From Candidatus Pacearchaeota archaeon (GTDB lineage Archaea > Nanobdellota > Nanobdellia > Pacearchaeales > GW2011-AR1): DNA of 64,000 bases. The stretch covers positions 6,085-70,084 of the forward strand of contig JAVYLW010000005.1 in the NCBI GenBank assembly GCA_038740375.1. The letters run 5' to 3'. The notes under the pieces were generated by a model. It saw only the letters and a list, made by a program, of their open reading frames with translations. It was not told the origin of the DNA and ran no database searches. A program made the position numbers and the translations under genes. Every line of letters starts with the position of its first letter. Within the stretch, counting starts at the first letter, position 1. Shown one piece after another: positions 56,095 to 64,000 of the stretch.

Positions 56095-56227
56095 TTATCT
56101 ATTCTTTAATAAATATTAAGTATTTAAATCTTTCTAAATTTAAAAAATTATAGACGATATCTTTTTTTAAAATTTTTTTATTTTTTTTCAAAAAATTTAA
56201 AAATAATTTTTTATTATTATATAAAAG

Positions 56228-56614
56228 ATGGTAGACGATAAAATTCAAATTTTAATAAACGAATTTGCTAAGCAAGGTATTGATGTAGGTAAAATAGCAT
56301 TAAATTTAGGTCTTTCTTTGGAAACAACCTTAATAATATTAGCGCTAATTTTATTAGTAGTTATTACTTGGACCTATACGTGGAAAGCTTTAGCTTTATG
56401 GAAATCAGCAAAAAATAATCACAAATTATGGTTTGTAATAATCTTTATTTTTTTACCTTTTTCAACTTTTGGAATTTTAGAAATATTATATATTTACTTA
56501 TTTTCTAAAATTAAAATTAATGAACAAAAAAATAATAATTTAATTGTTAATAATAAAGTTACTAAAAATTATAAAAATACAAATTTAAATAAAAAAATAA
56601 AAAAGAAAAAATAA
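56228..56614 (+). CDS. DUF5652-like membrane protein
   Basis: WTYTWKALALWKSAKNNHKLWF...TFGILEILYIY. Confidence 0.8.
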   Translation: MVDDKIQILINEFAKQGIDVGKIALNLGLSLETTLIILALILLVVITWTYTWKALALWKSAKNNHKLWFVIIFIFLPFSTFGILEILYIYLFSKIKINEQKNNNLIVNNKVTKNYKNTNLNKKIKKKK

Positions 56615-56733
56615 TACTCATAATTTATTTTTAAAAATTAATATATGATAAAAATCATTAAATTAATAAGGGTAATAAATTAGTCTAACAGCAGAGTATT
56701 GTTTTGTTGCGTAATTTAATAAATAACTAAATT

Positions 56734-56778
56734 TTATTTAGTTTTTTTCTTTTTTTTCTTTTTGCAGCAGCATCCCAT
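56734..56778 (-). CDS. Putative 14-aa Cys/Lys micropeptide MGCCCKKKKKKKTK
   Basis: GGAGG (56786-56790) lies 7 nt before ATG 56778. Co-oriented just downstream of iscU. Confidence 0.45.
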   Translation of the reverse strand: MGCCCKKKKKKKTK

Positions 56779-56806
56779 TTTTAATCCTCCTGTTTTTTTA
56801 TTTATT

Positions 56807-57265
56807 TTAGTTATTTAAATGACAACTTTTTTCTTCTTTTTCTAATTCATTTATTTCTTTTTCTACATCTTTTCCTTGCTTTTTTTCAAAATCAAGTATT
56901 GCTTTTTTTAAACCTTGAGCACCAAGTACAGAACAATGTATTTTAATATCAGGAAGTCCGTTGAGTTTTTCAATAATAGACCGATTTGTTATTTTTTTAG
57001 CTTCTTCAATTGTTTTTCCTTTAGCAAGTTCGCAAAGAGCATCAGAAGCAGCAATTGCAGAAACACATCCAAAGGTTTGAAATTTTATATCAATTATTTT
57101 ATTTTTTTTGACTTTTAAATAAACTTTCATTATATCTCCACAAACAGGATTTCCAACCTGTCCAATTCCATCAGGATTTTTTATCTCTCCAAAATGTTTT
57201 GGATTTGTAAATCTTTTTAAGACCTCTTTGCTATACAGATTATTTGTTATTTTTTCTTCTACCAT
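56807..57265 (-). CDS. iscU: Fe-S scaffold IscU/NifU-N
   Basis: YSKEVL..F.NPK, GNPVCGD, FQTFGC, LPDIKIHCS. Confidence 0.93.
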   Translation of the reverse strand: MVEEKITNNLYSKEVLKRFTNPKHFGEIKNPDGIGQVGNPVCGDIMKVYLKVKKNKIIDIKFQTFGCVSAIAASDALCELAKGKTIEEAKKITNRSIIEKLNGLPDIKIHCSVLGAQGLKKAILDFEKKQGKDVEKEINELEKEEKSCHLNN

Positions 57266-57302
57266 TTTTAATTATTTTTTATAATAATATTTTTTATAAT
57301 AA

Positions 57303-57527
57303 TTATTTACTGTTATTTTTATTTTTTGAATCAATAGACTTATTTATTTCTTCTACAATTTTATCAGGATCAACACCATGCGCAATCGCACCTTGTTCTA
57401 ATGTTTCATCAAATGCCGTTGCACATCCAATACAATGCATTCCATTTTCAAATAAAATCTTTGCTGAATTCGGATTTTTCTTTAAAATCTCAGCAAAGCT
57501 CATTTTTTTTGTTATTTTTTCTGCCAT
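57303..57527 (-). CDS. DUF1858 family protein
   Basis: ITKKM...GMHCIGC....ETLEQGAIAHG. GGAGGT RBS. Confidence 0.9.
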   Translation of the reverse strand: MAEKITKKMSFAEILKKNPNSAKILFENGMHCIGCATAFDETLEQGAIAHGVDPDKIVEEINKSIDSKNKNNSK

Positions 57528-57562
57528 ATATTTTAACCTCCTATTTGTTTAATTAATTAAAA

Positions 57563-57916
57563 TTATTCTTTATCTTCATCTTCTTCAAAATGTTTTTTTT
57601 CTTCTTCAAACAAATCTAAACCTTCTTCATCCATTTGCTCTTCACATTCAGATTCATTTAAAAATTCACATCCCATTCTTTCAAATTTATCTGTTTCTTC
57701 ATTTTCTTTTGAATCTGGTTTTTCTTCTTCATCTAATATATTACCAATGTCTTCATTAATATCTTTTTCAGTTTCTAAAACTTTCTTTTTCTCTTGTTTA
57801 CTTAATTTTAAAATTTTTGTTTTTACTTTCTTCTGTTTTTTAAAAGGTTTTTTGTTTATTTCTCTATTTTTTGTTTTACTTCTCTTACATTTCTTATTGT
57901 TTTTTTTCAAAGACAT
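57563..57916 (-). CDS. Bipolar (basic N-half, acidic C-half) hypothetical protein in the Fe-S operon
   Basis: GGAGGT RBS, Lys-rich then Glu/Asp-rich sequence, between iscS and DUF1858. Confidence 0.7.
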   Translation of the reverse strand: MSLKKNNKKCKRSKTKNREINKKPFKKQKKVKTKILKLSKQEKKKVLETEKDINEDIGNILDEEEKPDSKENEETDKFERMGCEFLNESECEEQMDEEGLDLFEEEKKHFEEDEDKE

Positions 57917-57936
57917 TTTTTACCTCCTTTATATAC

Positions 57937-59100
57937 TCATATTTTAATTGGACTAATTTTTCTTAATTTTTCAACAACTTTTGTAATTATTCTTAAAACG
58001 TAATCGATTTCTTCTTTTGTTGTAAACCTTGATATTGAAATGCGAATAGAACTATTTATTTCTAGAGGATCTCTTCCAATTGCTTTTAAAACATGACTTG
58101 ATTCAAGACTATGTGATGAACAAGCAGAACCTGTTGAAACTAAAACTCCGTAGGAATCTAAAAATTCTTTAATAGCCTCTCCTTCAATATTTCCAAAACA
58201 TATATTAATATTATTACAAAGTCTTTTTTCTCCTAAAGGGCCATTAATTTTTGTTCCTGAAATTTTTAAAATTTCTCTAATTAAATTATCTCTTAATTTA
58301 CTCATATGTTCTATATGATAATCTTTAGAAATAGCAACTGCTTTTGCAAATCCAACAATTCCAGCTACGTTTTCAGTTCCACTTCTTAATTTAAACTCAT
58401 GTCCCCCACCATGTAGTAGAGGATCTATTTTAACTCCTTCTTTTATGTAAAGCGCTCCAACACCTTTAGGTCCATGTATTTTATGAGCATTTAAGGTTAC
58501 AAAATCTAAATTCATTTTTTTTACATCAATTTTAGTTTTTGTATAGCTTTGACATGCGTCTGTATGAAAATAAACTCCTTTTTCACGACATATTTCTCCG
58601 ATTTTTTCTAAATCTTGTATTGTTCCAATTTCATTATTACCATGAATAATAGAAACAACTAATGTTTCTGAAGATATTGCTTCTTCTAATGATCTAATAT
58701 CAATAAAACCTTCTTCATCTACATCAAGGTATGTTATTTTAGCTCCTTGTTCTTCAAGCCATTTACAGGTATTTAATATACAATCATGCTCAATTTTGCT
58801 TGTTATAATATGTTTTTTTCCTTTATTTTTGTGTTTAAAAAATAATCCTTTTAATACAAAATTATTTGATTCAGTTCCTCCTGAAGTAAAAATAATTTCT
58901 TCTTTTTTAGCATTTATTGAATTTGCAATAATTTCTCTAGAATCTTCAAGCGCTCTTTTAGCACATAATCCAAAGGAATGTTGAGAACTTGCATTTCCAA
59001 AATTCTTGCTAAAAAAAGGTAACATACTCTTTAATACTTCTTTATCAACTTGGGTTGTTGCTGCATTATCCATATAAATTTGTTTTTTCTTTAAAACCAT
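57937..59100 (-). CDS. iscS: Cysteine desulfurase IscS/NifS
   Basis: YMDNAATT, FTSGGTESNN, AHKIHGPKG (PLP Lys), STGSACSS. Confidence 0.96.
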   Translation of the reverse strand: MVLKKKQIYMDNAATTQVDKEVLKSMLPFFSKNFGNASSQHSFGLCAKRALEDSREIIANSINAKKEEIIFTSGGTESNNFVLKGLFFKHKNKGKKHIITSKIEHDCILNTCKWLEEQGAKITYLDVDEEGFIDIRSLEEAISSETLVVSIIHGNNEIGTIQDLEKIGEICREKGVYFHTDACQSYTKTKIDVKKMNLDFVTLNAHKIHGPKGVGALYIKEGVKIDPLLHGGGHEFKLRSGTENVAGIVGFAKAVAISKDYHIEHMSKLRDNLIREILKISGTKINGPLGEKRLCNNINICFGNIEGEAIKEFLDSYGVLVSTGSACSSHSLESSHVLKAIGRDPLEINSSIRISISRFTTKEEIDYVLRIITKVVEKLRKISPIKI

Positions 59101-59111
59101 TTTATTATTTT

Positions 59112-59417
59112 TTACAATGATTTTTTAAATTTACAAGTTTTACAAAACTCTTTTTCATGTTTGTCAATTATTTTAAGTATAGGTAATATTGTTTCTTTAT
59201 TCAATTTATAAATTCTTTTTTTTCCTTCCTTTCTGACATTTACAATCGAACAATTTCTTAGAGAACATAAGGCATGAGATAATTTTGATTGTTCTACATT
59301 TAACAAATTAGCAAGTTCAAGTACAGACATTTCTTTATCTTTTAATGCAGTAATTATCTCAACTTTTAGAGGATTTGCTAAATTTCCAAAAAAAATATAA
59401 TATTTATTTTTTTTCAT
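59112..59417 (-). CDS. ArsR/SmtB-family transcriptional regulator with C-terminal CxxC
   Basis: FFGNLANPLKVEII...SVLELA..EQSKLSHAL...GKKRIY, and HEKEFCKTC. Confidence 0.9.
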   Translation of the reverse strand: MKKNKYYIFFGNLANPLKVEIITALKDKEMSVLELANLLNVEQSKLSHALCSLRNCSIVNVRKEGKKRIYKLNKETILPILKIIDKHEKEFCKTCKFKKSL

Positions 59418-59427
59418 TTTCAAATTA

Positions 59428-59447
59428 ATATGTTAAATATAACATAT
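59428..59447. promoter_or_regulatory. ArsR-type operator palindrome ATATGTTA-AATA-TAACATAT
   Basis: Perfect 8-4-8 inverted repeat between a TTTATAAA box (~59463-59470) and the regulator start. Confidence 0.7.
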
Positions 59448-59726
59448 GAAAAAAAATTCATATTTATAAATCTTATTATATTAAAACATATATTTTTATA
59501 ACATATTAAGAATTTGATAGACCTTAAATTTATTAAAAATAAATAATAAATTAAAATCAGATAAAACTAATTACAAAATTTATTTTTATTTTTTAATATT
59601 AAAAATTTGAATTTCTTCTATAAGATGCTTTATAATATAAATATATTTACATTTTTTTATATCTGATAATAAATATAAATATTTTAAAATTTTCTAAAAT
59701 TTTTTAAATTAAATCAATAGTTTAAA

Positions 59727-60692
59727 ATGGCAGTTCATAAATGTTCTATAATAGCAAATCCTGAAGGATATGGATGGTATTATGCTGAAAAAATTCATAA
59801 GAAACTAATTTCTGAAGGTTATGAATTTGAATTAAATCCTCTTCATATTAAAAGATTTAAAGACGGAGAAATTAAACCAAAAATTGATTTAAATGTAAGA
59901 AAAAGAAATTGTTTTTTTATTCATGATTCGTCAATAGACCCGACAGAATGGTTTACTCAGTTAGTTTTAATTAATGAAACTTTAAAAAATTCTGCAGCTC
60001 AAGAAATAATTAATGTTCTTCCTTATTTAAAATTTAGCAGGCAGGATAGAAAAGACGAATCAAGAGTTCCAATATCAGCAAAAGCTTTAGCAGATACTAT
60101 AGGTTTATATGCAAATAGAGTATTAACAATAGACGTTCATAATCCATCAATACAGGGATTTTATGATATTCCTTTTGATAACTTATATTCATTTCCGACA
60201 GTCGTTAATTATTTGAAAGATTTTTATCCTCATATTCTGGAAGATATAGTAGTAATGTCAACAGATGCAGGAGGAGCTCCAAGAGCAAAATCTTTTGCAA
60301 AAAAATTAGGAATTAAAGATATAGTCACTGGTTATAAATCAAGAGAAAAAGAAAATGAAGTTGAACAATTAAGAGTATTAGGCGATGTTAAGGGAAAAAA
60401 TGTTTTAATTGTAGATGATTTAATTGATACTGGCAATACTTTAGTTTCAGCATCAAATGCTGTAAGAGAATTAGGAGCAAAAAAAATTTATACTTATTGC
60501 ACTCATGGTTTATTTACTTCAGGAGTAAAAAAAATTTCTGATAATTTTGATATTATATTTATAGGAGATACTGTAAATTTAAAAGAACCTGTTCCAGATA
60601 ATGTAAAAATAATATCATTTATACCTTTATTTGCAGAGGCAATTTATAGAATAAGCGAAGGAGAAAGTCTTAGCCAATTATTTAGTCAATAA
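59727..60692 (+). CDS. prs: Ribose-phosphate pyrophosphokinase
   Basis: RFKDGEI, PYLKFSRQDRK, IDVH, DAGGAPRA, IVDDLIDTGNT, CTHGLF. Confidence 0.95.
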   Translation: MAVHKCSIIANPEGYGWYYAEKIHKKLISEGYEFELNPLHIKRFKDGEIKPKIDLNVRKRNCFFIHDSSIDPTEWFTQLVLINETLKNSAAQEIINVLPYLKFSRQDRKDESRVPISAKALADTIGLYANRVLTIDVHNPSIQGFYDIPFDNLYSFPTVVNYLKDFYPHILEDIVVMSTDAGGAPRAKSFAKKLGIKDIVTGYKSREKENEVEQLRVLGDVKGKNVLIVDDLIDTGNTLVSASNAVRELGAKKIYTYCTHGLFTSGVKKISDNFDIIFIGDTVNLKEPVPDNVKIISFIPLFAEAIYRISEGESLSQLFSQ

Positions 60693-60937
60693 GAAAAAAT
60701 AAATCTTTTCTGTAAGATTTAAAAAGTTAATTTCTTTTTTATTAAATAAAAATGATGTTTTATAAATATCATAAACAATTAAGTAGTATTGACTAAATAT
60801 TATTATTAATTTAAGAAAATAAAACTATTTTTTAAGCATTTTTTTAAATAATAATTCTAAGGAATATTACATTAATTTATGTTGAAAATTTTAATTTGAT
60901 TGAATTTAATAAAATTTATTTCATTTTTAAAAATTTT

Positions 60938-61375
60938 TTAAAAACCAAATCCTGTTTTCATCATTATAAAGTCTAATAGCAAATTAGAAAAAGCTCCAAG
61001 AAAAATAAATCCTAAAAATTTTATTTTATTATTTTTTAAAAAAATAAGAGAACTAAATATTAAAAAACAAAACATAAAAAAATAAGAGTGTAGAGGATAT
61101 ACCCCAAAACTACATTGTTCTCCAATATGATTACAAGCACTTGATAGCCAAGAAACATTTCCTATTATTCTATAATAAATATGATCTAAATCAACAAGAT
61201 TTCCAAGAGTAAGACCAATTAAAATTATTCCTGTTTCTGTAAGAATTATTTTATCTTTATTTTTTTTTATGTAATCTATTTTAAAAAATCCTTTTTTATT
61301 TAATTTTTTTCTTTTATATAAAACTAAATATGTAAAAACTGCAATAAAGGGCAGTATGTAATGAGCTATGAACAT
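60938..61375 (-). CDS. Membrane protein, DUF6122/metal-dependent hydrolase-like
   Basis: N-terminal His, LVDLDH, C..G.YPLHS and several TM helices. Confidence 0.65.
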   Translation of the reverse strand: MFIAHYILPFIAVFTYLVLYKRKKLNKKGFFKIDYIKKNKDKIILTETGIILIGLTLGNLVDLDHIYYRIIGNVSWLSSACNHIGEQCSFGVYPLHSYFFMFCFLIFSSLIFLKNNKIKFLGFIFLGAFSNLLLDFIMMKTGFGF

Positions 61376-61402
61376 TTTGTTCAGTTTCTGCTAAATTGAT
61401 TC

Positions 61403-61579
61403 TTAAATTGAGATTGCGTTTACAGGACATGAATCTACAGCTTCTTTTACACACGAAGCTTTTGACTTTTCTTGTCCTTCTTTAACATGCGCTTTTCCGT
61501 CTTTTATTTCAAAAACTTCTTCACATATTGAGACACATGCGCCACATCCAATACAAGTTTCTGTATCTACTTTTATCAT
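61403..61579 (-). CDS. Single-cluster ferredoxin
   Basis: True start ATG 61579 after GGAGGG. CIGCGACVSIC...CPVNAI. Confidence 0.92.
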   Translation of the reverse strand: MIKVDTETCIGCGACVSICEEVFEIKDGKAHVKEGQEKSKASCVKEAVDSCPVNAISI

Positions 61580-61592
61580 TTTTCCCTCCTTT

Positions 61593-61985
61593 TTATATTT
61601 TGCAATTAGAATAAAAAGATAATTCTTCAACACTTATATCTTTTTCTATTTTATTTTCACTTATTAAAAAAGTTGGAAAATACCTAACCTCTCTATTTAT
61701 ACAATCAGTGTTATCAACCATACAATTTTTTATAAACATGTATTCAAGATACTCGTTTACGCTTAATTGTTTTAATGTTTGAACAACATCATTAGTATTA
61801 ACAAATAAAATAATCTTTTTTTCTTTAATACAATGTTTAAAATCATTTTCTTTATAATTCTGAGATATTGTATATCCTGTATATTTTGTTATAGCACTTG
61901 ATATAAGATAAAATACTAAAATAAGAATTATAGCAATACCTGTAGTTATTACTATTCGTTGTTTTACTCTTTTTGATAATTTCAT
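61593..61985 (+). other. No + strand feature; coding capacity here is on the - strand (next entry)
   Basis: The track prints this ORF as +, but the listed peptide MKLSKRVKQR reads from the reverse complement (CAT at 61983-61985). Confidence 0.6.
61593..61985 (-). CDS. Membrane-anchored thioredoxin-fold protein lacking the CxxC
   Basis: TM, then FKHCIKEKKIILF..., C...C...YFPTF...EELS..SNC. This resembles DPANN/CPR exported Trx-like proteins with WCxHC replaced. Confidence 0.6.
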   Translation of the reverse strand: MKLSKRVKQRIVITTGIAIILILVFYLISSAITKYTGYTISQNYKENDFKHCIKEKKIILFVNTNDVVQTLKQLSVNEYLEYMFIKNCMVDNTDCINREVRYFPTFLISENKIEKDISVEELSFYSNCKI

Positions 61986-62135
61986 AAAATAAACTAGATT
62001 TTTTAACTTTTAAATTTTATTAAACTAATAGATAAATATTTTAATTGATAGGTTTTTTATAATAATTATATTTTTAATACCAAGTATTTGTAAATCCTTT
62101 AACAATTTTTTAGACGGCCTTTTTTTAATCTTTAA

Positions 62136-62280
62136 CAAGAAATTCGAGCCCTTTAAAGGGGAATATGAATTGCGTTATAATTAAGGAGTAATGAAGTATA
62201 TAGAGAATCAAGAAATACACCGTAATCCTAGTTTAAGCTGCTAAGGACAGCTGTCCACTTTAGTGGACGAAAATGTTGCT
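62136..62280 (+). mobile_element. Short IS200/IS605-end-like non-coding element
   Basis: Left CAAGAAATTCGAGCCCTTTAAAGGGGAATATGAATTG. Right perfect hairpin GTCCAC-TTTA-GTGGAC at 62253-62268. Confidence 0.6.
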
Positions 62281-62335
62281 TAAAATATATTTTTATTTTA
62301 AAAAATTTTAAAAATAAATAAAATTATGTTTTTTT

Positions 62336-62728
62336 ATGATTATTTTAGAAAATATTATAAAATTATTAAGGACTTCAGAAAATTTATTAGAAATAAAAAC
62401 TGCAGCAAAGAAGTTAGCAGAAATAAATTCTTTTGAGTATCATAAAGAACTTTATAGAATGGCTAACAGAAAAAGAAGAGGTTTTTTTAGAAGTCGTTAT
62501 ACAAAAGAACATATGATTGTAGCACTTGAGGCATTAGCAGAGACAGGAACTGAAGAAGCAAGATGTTTTTTAGAAAATTTTTTTAAGGATAATGGAAAAT
62601 TTTTTGATTCTAATTACAAAGAGAAAATTATGCAAAGAATTGAAAAAACCTGCTATGAAAGAGAAAAATGGCTTTTAGAATATGAAGCTAGAAAGTTAAA
62701 ACAATTTTATAATCAAAGATATGGATAG
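62336..62728 (+). CDS. Hypothetical all-alpha protein, possibly HEAT-like
   Basis: AAKKLAEI...ALEALAETGTEEA helix pairs. Confidence 0.55.
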   Translation: MIILENIIKLLRTSENLLEIKTAAKKLAEINSFEYHKELYRMANRKRRGFFRSRYTKEHMIVALEALAETGTEEARCFLENFFKDNGKFFDSNYKEKIMQRIEKTCYEREKWLLEYEARKLKQFYNQRYG

Positions 62729-62792
62729 TTTTAGTAAGATAGTTTAAATTTACAATAGATAAATTTATAAAGCTTTACAACTAAAATATTTT

Positions 62793-63371
62793 ATGGCACT
62801 TGGACTATTAGGATGGGCTCTTATATCAATTATTGCTATTATCATAATTATAATCTTAGGAATGTTTTGGTATTATTACAATAGATTTGTTGTTCTTGAA
62901 AATAGAATTGAAAATTCAGCTGCTCAAATTGATGTTCAGCTAAAGAAAAGAGCTGATTTAATTCCTAATCTTGTAAAAACTGTTTCAGGATATGCTAAAC
63001 ATGAAAAAAAGATAATGGAAGAGGTAACTAAAGCTCGTGCAGAAATGTTAAAAGCAGGAAATTTACAAGCAAAAGTTAAAGCAGGAGATGCTATTCAAGC
63101 TGCACTATCAAAAATATTTGCTATAGCTGAAAATTATCCTCAATTAAAAGCAAATGAAAACTTCTTACAATTGCAGACAGAACTTGCAGCAATAGAGGAT
63201 AAAATTGCTTATGCAAGACAATATTATAATGATTCAGTTTTAGCATATGACAATGCAACTAGTATGTTCCCAGGAGTATTCTTTTTTAAACTATATGGAA
63301 AGACAAAGAAAGAGTATCTAAAAATACCTGAAGCTGAAAAATCTGTTCCTTCAATAAAATTTGAAGAATAA
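62793..63371 (+). CDS. lemA: LemA family protein
   Basis: IDVQLKKRADLIPNLV, AENYPQLKANENF, EDKIAYARQYYN. Confidence 0.95.
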   Translation: MALGLLGWALISIIAIIIIIILGMFWYYYNRFVVLENRIENSAAQIDVQLKKRADLIPNLVKTVSGYAKHEKKIMEEVTKARAEMLKAGNLQAKVKAGDAIQAALSKIFAIAENYPQLKANENFLQLQTELAAIEDKIAYARQYYNDSVLAYDNATSMFPGVFFFKLYGKTKKEYLKIPEAEKSVPSIKFEE

Positions 63372-63519
63372 AAATTAAAGTTTTTTAAAAAGTTTTTTAA
63401 AAAATTACTCTTATAAATCTTAAATCTTATAAATTTAATAAAGAGAAAATTAGATTAAATTTTTAATATTTTAATTAAATACATAACACTTATATATTAT
63501 ATTTTATTTAATATTTAAA

Positions 63520-64000
63520 ATGATAAAACAAGATTTTAGAATTTCATTTTACGATCAGATTAAAAGAAATAAAATAAGTTCATTTTTTTTATTGATAATA
63601 ATATTTGGTGTTTTATTTTCTTTAATTTTTGTAATAGGACTTGCTTTTGGAGTTGACATCTTCTTTATTTTGATAATTGCAACTATAATATCTTTATTGT
63701 ATGTTTGGGGTTCTTATTATTATTCTGATAAAATTGCAATTGCTTCAGTAGGTGCAAAACAAGCAGATCCAAATATTCATAAACAATTTTATCATACTGT
63801 TGAAGGATTAACTTTAGCATCAGGAATGCCAATGCCTAAACTTTATGTAATGGAAGATCCTAATATAAATGCATTTGCATCTGGAAGAGATCCTAAAAAT
63901 TCAGTTATATGTGTTACTACAGGAGCATTAAATAAATTAAACAAACATGAGTTAGAAGGGGTTTTAGGTCATGAATTAGCGCATATAGCAAACTATGACA
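63520..64000 (+). CDS. htpX: Zinc metalloprotease HtpX/M48 (partial, runs off window end)
   Basis: Not in the ORF track. From ATG 63520: QIKRNK, TMs, YYYSDKI, GMPMPKLYV, NAFASGRDP, ELEGVLGHELAH. Follows lemA. Confidence 0.92.
   Translation, partial: MIKQDFRISFYDQIKRNKISSFFLLIIIFGVLFSLIFVIGLAFGVDIFFILIIATIISLLYVWGSYYYSDKIAIASVGAKQADPNIHKQFYHTVEGLTLASGMPMPKLYVMEDPNINAFASGRDPKNSVICVTTGALNKLNKHELEGVLGHELAHIANYD

Noticed and set aside
248-58984. Many short antisense or off-frame ORFs in the track (e.g. 248, 9489, 12552, 23150, 33824, 36744, 43209, 47571, 57244, 58796)
   Set aside because: They lie within well-supported genes, and their Phe/Ile/Ser/Leu-rich composition is the expected shadow of A-rich coding strands.
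1-64000. CRISPR array, cas genes, rRNA, prophage or integrase
   Set aside because: No regularly spaced repeats, no long GC-rich structural RNA, and no recognisable cas, capsid or integrase ORF were seen.
1-64000. Stop-codon reassignment or selenocysteine
   Set aside because: Conserved genes are full length under the standard code, with no in-frame stops at conserved positions.

Overview
Very AT-rich archaeal DNA, most consistent with a DPANN genome. The fused RpoA'/A'' subunit, unsplit RpoB, bacterial-type nrdR-nrdD-nrdG and many Cys-rich surface proteins point to Ca. Pacearchaeota (inference). The core content is a fragmented rpoH-rpoB-rpoA-nusA-rps12-rps7-fusA...tuf cluster, rnhB, an RbgA-like GTPase and three tRNAs: Ser-GCT with a BHB intron, initiator Met and Lys-TTT. 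It also holds a small fermentative set (acdA, LDH/MDH-like, gdhA, ppsA), a nucleotide set (NrdR/D/G, dCMP deaminase, thioredoxin, prs), a minimal IscS-IscU Fe-S operon and lemA-htpX. The most striking observations are: (1) a 954-aa protein with canonical Smc heads but no hinge, carrying a Rad50-type CPLC zinc hook at its midpoint; (2) a class III RNR with a fused C-terminal CxxC thioredoxin-like domain plus a class I/II-like Cys pair, under tandem NrdR boxes; (3) a family of modular Cys-rich membrane proteins that share exchangeable extracellular and cytoplasmic modules; (4) three short non-coding IS200/IS605-end-like elements plus a dead tnpA; (5) several unannotated microproteins with strong ribosome-binding sites, including MGCCCKKKKKKKTK at the end of the Fe-S operon. 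All family assignments come from motif recognition by eye, and no searches were run.
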